From positions 62,001 through 101,454 of the forward strand of contig JALAGF010003778.1 in NCBI GenBank assembly GCA_030167865.1: 39,454 bases of DNA, given 5' to 3'. The notes under the pieces were generated by a model, which worked only from the letters and a program-made list of their open reading frames with translations, had not been told where the DNA came from and did no database searches. Source of the DNA: Craspedostauros australis. Lineage: Eukaryota. Below are positions 31,202 through 39,454 of the stretch, piece after piece. Position 1 is the stretch's first letter; every line of letters starts with the position of its first letter. Made by a program: the position numbers and the translations under genes.

Positions 31202-33316
31202 TCAATGAGATTCGTACTCCGCGCGGAGCCTGCACAGGATGTGATGGATCATGGGTCGCTGGGTGGGGTCCTCGTGCCACATGGCTCTGATCAATGTGGC
31301 CAGTTCACTTGTCCACATCGTGGAGAGCTCCGGACGGACGCCACCGTGGACTACGAGCTTGGTGTGATTCTCGGAGGAGACATGCTCGAAAGGTTTCTGC
31401 AACGTCATGACCTCGTGAAGGACCAGCGCCATGGAGTAAATGTCGGACTGCTGGTTGTACGGCTCGCCCTTGGCGCACTCCGGGCTCATGTATCTGGGCG
31501 ATCCCACCTTCTTGGTGAGCTTGAAGAAGTGACCGCGCGTGTCGATCTCCTCCATCTGCTGCTGCTGCCACTGATCTTGGCGCTGGTGCTTTTGACGACG
31601 GTGCTTTCGGCGTTGGTCGTTGTTGCTGCTGTCATCCATTTGGGACACGGCAACTGGCTTGGCCGGCAAGATCCGGCACACGTCGAGGTCGAAGACCTTG
31701 ACTCGGTTCTGGCTGTCGAAGCCGATGTTGTCTGGCTTGATGTCTCTGTGCACGATGCGGTGCTTGTGCAGATGCTGGACGGCCTGTCCGATCTGCTCCA
31801 CCACGCGAACACGCTCGCGCCAGAAGGCGGCGTTGAGCCAGCTGATTTCGCTGCGTTGGCAGCCGGTGAGGTTCTTCCACACCTGCAGACGCTGCGCCAG
31901 CGTCTCCTCGAGGCGTTCTAGCACGATGAAGAACGCGTCGTGGCGGCCTGTTCGGTAGCCATCCAAATCGCAGTTGGACCATGCGTAGAACTGGACGAGG
32001 TGGCAGTTGCTGTCCTTGGAGACGTACGGCGAGTCCACTTCGGGTGCCGCCTGCGCCTCCTGCTGCAGGAAGTTGAGGAGCATGGCCTCCTTGGCCATGT
32101 CTGCCGCGCACGCCGCCAGCAAGGACGGCTTGTTGACCATGGTGTGCTTGAGGACTTTGACGACGACGTCCGTGTGCTTGTGACCGCCGTCTTCGAGGGC
32201 CTTGCGCAGCATCTTGGCCTGCTTGGATGTCTTCGACTTCTGGCTTTCCTTGTCGTACTTGTGTCCGTTTGGCAGCATGCGCCGGATCCAGCGCACGGTG
32301 GCGCACGGCTTGCCCAGCGACTTGACTTCGTAGACGGATGCGAAGGAGCCCTGTCCAAGGAGTCTGCCCACGGAGAGTTCGTTGTGTGGGATTTGGAGGA
32401 TGGATTGCGGCAGCGGAGGGTACTTCACGTTGTGGATAGTGTCTTCAAGCTGTTTCCTGCTGGATCGGTGCTTGCTGCTGCCAATGCTGGTCCTTCGTCC
32501 ATGTGTGCTGCTGATGCTGGTCCTCGTCCTCCGGTTGCTGTTGCTGATGTTGGTATTGGTGGCGTTGTAGTCGTGGCTGTCCATGGAGCCCGCGTGCCCG
32601 ACGATGGCGCCATGGCCAATCTCGGCGGTTTCGTCGCTGGCGGCGTTCGCGTAGAATGCCTGGTGCACTTGCGCCTTGTGCAGCCGCTTCTTGGTGCTTT
32701 GCACGAAGCGTCCCCAGAGCTGCTTGTCCAGGCGAGGAGAATTGGCATGCGGGTAGTGGCGGAAGTGCCCCATGTCAGCGATGTTGTTATCGAGGACGTC
32801 GGCCATTGCGGAGTCTCGGAGGGAGGAGGAGCTGCGGTCGCTGGTGATGGATGTCGAATCGGACGGCACTCGTCGCTGGGACAGAGGCTTCAGCGGCGAT
32901 TGCAGGTAGGGATTGACCCTTCGGCTGGACGGCGAGGTCATGGATGCGTTCGTCAGCGTTGGAACCGGAGACTGGCAAGCCGACATGGACATCAAGGATG
33001 CTGGCTTGGTGGGAGATAGCAGGGGATGCTCCAACTTGTGCCTGCCGCAGAAAGAGGTGTCGTCGACGTGAGGCTGGGGGCTGCCATCCTCGGTTGGCTC
33101 CGACGAGAGGAAGGGGATCATGGCGAACATGTTGTTGTCCTCGGGATGCGATCTGGACTGAGAGGCTGAGGCAGATCTTGGCGTAACTGGAACAGCGATA
33201 GTTCTGGAGACTCTTTGGGAGCGTGTTTCTGATTGTGGTTGTGCGAGCGTGGATGTTGCTGCTGGATTTGGCGACCGTGGATGTGGTTGCCGGGCGATTG
33301 AAATTGTGGACACCAT
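31202..33316 (-). CDS. Protein kinase, TKL-like Ser/Thr type (704 aa), with a long S/P-rich disordered N-terminus
   Basis: LGQGSFASVYEV (Gly loop), VVVK (beta-3 Lys), AKEA (alpha-C Glu), IVHRDIKPDNIGFD, VKVFDLD, VGSPRYMSPE, SDIYS, VRP...W and MW..DP.QRP. Single exon; the start could be 33316 or the downstream MFAMIPF. Confidence 0.92.
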   Translation of the reverse strand: MVSTISIARQPHPRSPNPAATSTLAQPQSETRSQRVSRTIAVPVTPRSASASQSRSHPEDNNMFAMIPFLSSEPTEDGSPQPHVDDTSFCGRHKLEHPLLSPTKPASLMSMSACQSPVPTLTNASMTSPSSRRVNPYLQSPLKPLSQRRVPSDSTSITSDRSSSSLRDSAMADVLDNNIADMGHFRHYPHANSPRLDKQLWGRFVQSTKKRLHKAQVHQAFYANAASDETAEIGHGAIVGHAGSMDSHDYNATNTNISNSNRRTRTSISSTHGRRTSIGSSKHRSSRKQLEDTIHNVKYPPLPQSILQIPHNELSVGRLLGQGSFASVYEVKSLGKPCATVRWIRRMLPNGHKYDKESQKSKTSKQAKMLRKALEDGGHKHTDVVVKVLKHTMVNKPSLLAACAADMAKEAMLLNFLQQEAQAAPEVDSPYVSKDSNCHLVQFYAWSNCDLDGYRTGRHDAFFIVLERLEETLAQRLQVWKNLTGCQRSEISWLNAAFWRERVRVVEQIGQAVQHLHKHRIVHRDIKPDNIGFDSQNRVKVFDLDVCRILPAKPVAVSQMDDSSNNDQRRKHRRQKHQRQDQWQQQQMEEIDTRGHFFKLTKKVGSPRYMSPECAKGEPYNQQSDIYSMALVLHEVMTLQKPFEHVSSENHTKLVVHGGVRPELSTMWTSELATLIRAMWHEDPTQRPMIHHILCRLRAEYESH

Positions 33317-34279
33317 CTTGGGATTTGCTGTTCAAGGTTGCTGTTGGCTGTTGCTTGGGTTGGCAGGGCGGTGGCTGTGATCTGGCGACGATGGCAATGA
33401 CGTCAAGTGGTGGCGGCAACAGAGACTGTGCTGATGGAGGAGGTGGCAGCCTTGGGGGAGGCAAAGGCTTCTGTCCACAAAGAGGGAAGCAGACGCAAAG
33501 GAGGGGGGATGGCGAGTGGTCTTTGCCGATTAAGGGTCTGATGTCCTTCAACTGGTCGGGGCGCGAGAACGTACGGCCTATGACAGAGTGCGTAAATGTG
33601 GATGTTCGCGAAGAAACGGCTTCGTTTGTTGGTTGTAAAAACGCGGTCGATGTGGAGATTCGAGCGGTTCCGGAAGCACCAGAGGGAGTTGTTTTCTTTT
33701 GTGTGTGAATACTAAATTGTGTGTTCGAAGCGGGAGCTTGTTGTGCTTTGCGATGTGTCTGGTTGTTATGGGTGTGATGAGGCTCGGTTTCTTCTCTGTT
33801 ATCTTTGGAGGTTGGAAGCAGGAATCAGTTGAAGATGGTCGTGCGACCTCTTCGCACATACATTGCCAGTGCTTTCCAGTGACATCTGTGGAGGTTTGAT
33901 GTGTGGTGTCCCTGCAATCCAGGTGTGTGGTGGACATGTGCCTGTGCGGGACAAACCAAGAGTATGTTTGGAAGTGCGTCAATACAAGGCAGGCTCCACA
34001 CGAGCACAGACGCGGAGGCGACAAGAACACTTCGCGTGGCTTCACACGCGTTGGCACTTCTGTCTGTGAAGAGTCAAACAGCATCTTTCTTCTGCCCACG
34101 CCCACACATGTTCTTTGTTGCTCTCCCCAGAACGCGTTATGTAATGGTGTCACACAACTGTTCGAGTTGGAGGTTCGCATCAACGGTGACGGATGTCAAG
34201 GTTTGTTGCGACATCACCACATAACCTGTGTGGTGACAGACACAAAGCCATAAGCATGCAGAACCGCTTGTGTGAGCAA

Positions 34280-35300
34280 TGTTCTTTTCCCTCAATTCAA
34301 TGCAGCACGACAGTTCCTTTGGTTGCCTTTGGTTTCCTTTCATTCCACAATACGTTGAAGTTCGCTCAGTCGCCGATCGAACAGCATCAACAGATAACCT
34401 GGCGGAGTTGGATAAGGGAGGCAGTAAATTCGCTGGCATCTTTGACAGCACATCTGCCAAACCTCTCTCTGTGTTCCAGTCACACAACAAGGGCGAAACA
34501 GAGGACAGGCCGCGACAACTCACAACAGCACCATCACTGGTTGAGGTTGCCAATCTCCCCTTGGACGCCTTCGCCGACCACTCTCGGGTGTATGGCACAG
34601 CATCATCGCGAACCACAACGGCAACAGCAACGGCAAACTATCGTTGCATCGTAACAACCTTAGTCGTATGTGATGAAGTCTCCAGTGGGGATGTGCACAA
34701 CGCTGTAACATCAACACATCAATCTTACCTGCGATTGCCGACATCTATCACAGCCTCACGCATAGTAGTACTCTACTCGACAAACCACAGATGGAACATG
34801 CTGTCCATTCTCGCGCGAGGCGCGCCACGGTACCTTGTACTCATTCACGTACAACAAAGACAAGCAGTCGTACCGCAGCAACCTCTGCAACAACTGCAAC
34901 AAACACGAAGGCCTGCGCGACACCAATTGCTGCTTCGCGATCGCGCAAACCGAAATGAGCCGAAACTGCACAAATCGGTGAATCGCGATCGGTCGTCAAA
35001 GACAATTCGTTTTCTGTCACAGGGTTCACTGATGAGGCACGCTCTCTCCTCTTGTGGGAATCTGGGGTTCTGAGACAGAGATGCCCACGGAATACCAAGA
35101 ACGCTGTGAGGGACAGGACACAGCTCAACCTTGGCGAAACGCAACGGGCTCGGCGCGCCAAAGCAGTTCTTCTCCTCTGCCGGCCCAACATCATCCACAC
35201 GCACCACACCTCGTGCCACACACCAACAGCGAAGTATTCTCGTCCCAGATCGGTGACGAAGAGGAAAGGCTAATTGGAGTACCACAGCATCACAAGCAGT
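34280..35300 (+). pseudogene. Possible decayed gene (coding-like fragments in several frames)
   Basis: Fragments: TVPLVAFGFLSFHNTLKF (TM-like); a C-ending-codon stretch at 34793-34980 after a CAG, reading GTCCPFSREARHGTLYSFTYNKDKQSYRSNLCNNCNKHEGLRDTNCCFAI; and EYQERCEGQDTAQPWRN in another frame. I could not build a continuous model. Confidence 0.25.
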
Positions 35301-37217
35301 TGCATCCGGTGTCGGGCTGTGCTCGAAATCCGAAGCCCCCGATCTTGTCGTGTGTCGCTGTTGGCCCTGCCTGCTTGGGCAAACAAGATCTTTTGTCGAT
35401 GGCCGGAGGGGTGATGGGAAGCAAAGCGAAGTGGATGATTCATGGATCGGCTCAGCACCGACAGGGCAATCACACTCATCGCAGCACTCGTGCATACTGA
35501 TACAGAGTTCGGGTGTCTTGTTTCACACAGCATTCCCGTTGTCGCCGAGATTACGTCGCTTCGCTTCGCCTCTTGATCGTACAGGAGAGGGTGTGAAGTG
35601 GCTACCAGAAGATGATCGTTGGAAGCCATCTGTCAAGAACGCCAGAATTTGATGCGATCCAGAGAGTCGTGGCGCTCCACCCCCAGTCTCGTTCCCATCA
35701 AGGTCCGCCTTCCCTTCCTCTTCTCTCTCCGTCTGTGTCAATCCTTGATGAACAACCTATCAATCACACAACGATCGATCGATGGCACAGTGTGGAACAG
35801 AAGGGAAGCGAAGGCCGTGCCTGCGCGCCTTCTCTGCCTCCTCCGGTTCTATTGGTGCCGCGCAGCGGTTCAGAAGTAGTGCAGCGAATTAGAAGAGAGG
35901 AAGGGGTGGCTCACGAGAGCATCGTAAAAGAGCAGCCGACCATGGCGAATTTGCAAATCGCACAGAGTACAAAATCTGGGAAGATCTCACCGCGCTTCGG
36001 CAGACACAGCACTATTGTGAAGGCGTCATAGTTCTCACCTCTCCTCTCAGTCCCACAAAGAGCATGGACACTGTCCCGCGCAGCCACGCAACCCCTCTCC
36101 CTGTCTTGGCTTGGTCTACACATACTACACTAATAATCGCTTCATCGTGCTTTCGGCATCACAATTGTGCGTAGGAAAGTAATAATAGACGTGTTCCACA
36201 AGACGTCCTCGTTCACATCATTCGTCACCAGTACGGTATTTTCCTCCTCCCCATTCCTTTGCATTGTGCAACTCTCCTCTAATCGCTTTTGGTTGTTGGT
36301 CTTGTCCGTCGAGGGAGCGGAAACTCAGTCGCATGTGCAGGTATCCAAGGGGGGAGGCAATCTCTCCCTTGCTTCGTTCTTTGCGATCTTCTCGTGTTGT
36401 ATCATGCCACACGATACTCCCATGAGCGATCTATTATCATATCTCTGCCTCCCATACCGATACACCGACGCTCTACTTGATTCAGGAAGAATGAGGGACG
36501 GAAAGAACCCACCAAGCGGGACAATGTCCAATTCGGCATCACGTGGTGAACCTCGTGCTCGCACTCGCAGACGACGCGCACTCCACCTCAAAAGAAGTGA
36601 CACCAGCATCTTGCACATCAAGAGGATTGGGAACATGCAGAGTTGACTGCAACTGGCTTTGATTATCGTGGCATGTGCGTGTGTACAACAGATGTTTGGG
36701 ACACGCAACTCGCCGCTATCAATGTCCAAGCCCTCTGCGCAGAGTATTCGCTGGCGACGGGCCTTGCAGCGTACGGATGGTCTGCATTCCTGGATTCAGG
36801 TTCTCAAATCACATCTGCGTTCCTTGTTCCAGCGTTTGTCTCATTGCGTCTCATGACCTGAACGGGGAGGAAGATAACCTGTCTGCTTTCTGCATTGATC
36901 GTTCCGAAATCATCGCCACCACCATTTGACGCTTGGCGACGCATCATCTCTTTCGTCGCCAATTTGTGGCGGGCAACATCAGCCCCCGTTGGTTGTAATT
37001 GGCTGTCCTCGAGTTGTGAATGGTGCATTGATCATGGCGTTCTATGACGCATGAAAAGGTGTTCATCGTCGAAGGAGCATCTGCAGTGACCCATGTGACA
37101 GTGACGGCATCCACTGAATCAATTGCGCACAACTCTTCTGTTGCTGTTCCTCTTCCCGTCGTTGCGATCACACGACGCAGGCCACAATCACCACCGCAAT
37201 CTAGTTTCCCATCGTCA

Positions 37218-38806
37218 TCACCCATTGTTACCAGCACCCACATCCAATTGGCCAGCGCCTCGCAACAGCTCGGCAGCATCCTTTTTGCCGACATCGTCGA
37301 TGAAACCAGACAACCATGCACGAATATCCTCGGCGTTTACGTCGTCATTGCACCGCACACGTCTGCCCACAACATCGTTCCTGTCGTACTGCTCCCGGGT
37401 CCGGTCTCGCGCGTCGTTGGCGCGGTACATGTACTGTTCGTAGGATCCCAAGTAATGGCGAATCATGAGGTAGCTTTGGTTGGTTCGGACATGCAATCGC
37501 CGCTGCGTGCACATGGATCGAATCGGAATGTGGATGCTCGTGAATGCTGCGGGCACGAGATCCTGATCCGGCACTCTGGACACGTCGATCAGCGTCTTCG
37601 AAATCTTATTGTGGCGATGGTCATGCGGCGGGGCGTGGCATCGCCAACGCCATGTGCTTAAGCGCGATGCATTGAATGAAGATAATTGGTGTTGGTGTTG
37701 ATTTTGGTGCGGGAATGCCGCGTCCGCCTGCTGTAACGTTTCCATGGAGCCGTACCGTATTCTTGGAATCTGGATGCAAGGAGACGATAGCAGCGTGTCG
37801 ATTGGCAAGGATCCATTGACGTTGGCCACACCTGCATCATCGTGCCCCCGCATTTGCTCAATAAATGCAGCAACCGAACCAGGCTGCGATATCGGCGGCA
37901 CATCGATGGTGATGTCATCCGCATCACGAAGAGTTTGGTAGTTGAGCGACAGGTACTCGTCCGTATCCGCCATCAACGCCCATGACTGCTGGCGCTCCGA
38001 TTTGAGGTATTTCAGGCAGTGGCCAAAGAACAGCCGCTGTCGTGCTCGGTGGTCCGTCAGCTGGGGCGAGAGGTGCGAAAAGAAGTTGCGAACATTCTCC
38101 TTGGCCTCTTCGAATTGCCGATCGGTCATGAAGTTGCTATCGTGCCATTCGATGATTTCCATCCGTTGCCTCCATCTGTCCAGCACATGCGTTGGCGATG
38201 TGAGGCTGCGCGGATCGGATACGATCACGACCGTCCGCAGGTTCAGCACGTGATAATGATATGCCAACCATTCTTGAAATGGTATTATATTATACATTGC
38301 AGATCAGGAGGTGGGTTGTGGATGGTGTCATAGAATACAGCATGCGATGACTGCAATGTGAGCGAATGTTGCATGTATACGTGCATGCGTGCATGTTTGT
38401 TGAATACCATCCTCCCGATTGACGTACCAATGAGGTAATGGTTGTCATCCATGACAAGCAAGCACGCCGAGAACTCGGTGGCCTCTCTTCCTTGCTGCCG
38501 CGAGCTCTTGTGCGTCGCATTGTGGCCAGCCGATGGCGCCATTCTGTGATTAGGAAGCGGCTCTCCGCGTTTTGAACGAAGCGCATCGTGGGAACGGACC
38601 AGCACCGTCAGCCACAGCGCTGCTATCGCGACTATGAAGAGATACGGCAGCACTCTTCGCAACGATGTCGGCTTGATCGCCTTGCGCGCCGCGACTGGAT
38701 TCCTGGCTTGTCTTCTGGTGTTGCCATTGCGGCTGGCCGCGCCATCGTCCGGCGACACAGCTGGCTGCTCGCTCCTGCTGCGAAGAGCTGATGCTCTGTT
38801 CAGCAT
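37218..38806 (-). CDS. Type II membrane GT-A-fold glycosyltransferase-like protein (GT2-like / GT92-DUF23-like), ~477 aa. Exons 38806..38428 and 38272..37218.
   Basis: A basic cytosolic N-terminus is followed by TM VLPYLFIVAIAALWLTVLV. Intron 38427..38273 (G|GTACGT ... TTTCAAG|AA, phase 1) joins FSACLLVMDDNHYLI to EWLAYHYH. Further motifs are DP.S.TSP, HRARQ, W....DTDEYL (DxD), K..ID.SR, SIH.P and HYLGSYEQY..R.D.R. Spliced length is 1434 nt, a multiple of 3. The track start at 38869 is TTG; the first ATG is 38806. Confidence 0.82.
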
Positions 38807-39454
38807 CTTGAGTAGCGTTGTGTTGATGTCATCAGCAGCGAAGATGGGCTCATTGCGCGGCTGACACAATGACGTGCATGTATGTCACGATCGTAATATG
38901 CAGTGCAAGATGAGTGGGCAGGAACATTTGCGGCGATGCCAACCGAAGATGTCATGGGGAGACACGGTTTGGCGAGGGTGGCAGGGAGCAGGAGAAATAT
39001 GCGGTCTTCAAAAAAAAGAGCGGATTTTCTTCATTTGTTCACGGATTGCTTCCCCAACGTCGGACTGAAATGACCAACACTATTGCGAAAATGCAGTTCA
39101 ACGCAAGTAGTATCGATAGTATTTCTACGCGAGTTCCACACAGCTGATTTCGAACAAGCAGAGCTCGCGTTTGTCGTCCTTCTTCCTTTTGTCGGCGTTT
39201 GTGCTCCTTGGTTTTGGTGGCGCCTGTTGTGGCGGCTTGGTTCGTCGCTGGTTTCTGCGTCGTTCGTGTCCTTCACACAGCGCCGAATGGTTCTCGGCGT
39301 TGGACTCGCTTGCGTTGCCATCCGGCAGGCACGATACACACACTCATGCATTCGGTGTCTCTGTTCCATGCACGCAAATCGCCAACACAAATAGAGGAAT
39401 CAACTGCTCGTGGTTCCTGATCATCCTCCTGTCAACGAATGCATTGTGATGCAT

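Overview
Eukaryotic nuclear DNA with GT-AG spliceosomal introns, most likely from a diatom. That call is inferred from an ASAFAP-type bipartite plastid presequence, the gene families present and the CA-rich 5' leaders. I can support nine conventional genes plus one small orphan. In order they are: the 5' end of AP-2 alpha-adaptin (minus, runs off the left edge); an RluA-family pseudouridine synthase; a 19-module EGF-like type I membrane protein (EGF-A, minus, 3 exons); a serine racemase / threo-3-hydroxyaspartate ammonia-lyase-like PLP enzyme; a plastid-targeted mTERF; a paralogous 9-module EGF-like membrane protein (EGF-B, plus, 3 exons); a large putative nuclear protein with an unnamed Cys/His domain (2 coding exons); a 116-aa orphan with CDK, Cks and RxL motifs; a TKL-like kinase with DFG replaced by DLD; and a type II membrane DxD glycosyltransferase-like protein (2 exons). 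All spliced models were checked by hand and keep frame. The best leads are (1) the EGF paralog pair built on a strict A-B-C module grammar with shared phase-2 intron positions, (2) the small CDK-inhibitor-like protein, (3) the uncharacterised zinc-binding domain with its 1.1-kb ATG-free leader, and (4) active-site substitutions in the PLP enzyme and the kinase. I recognised no rRNA, tRNA, CRISPR array or intact transposon. No database searches were run; family assignments rest on remembered motifs.
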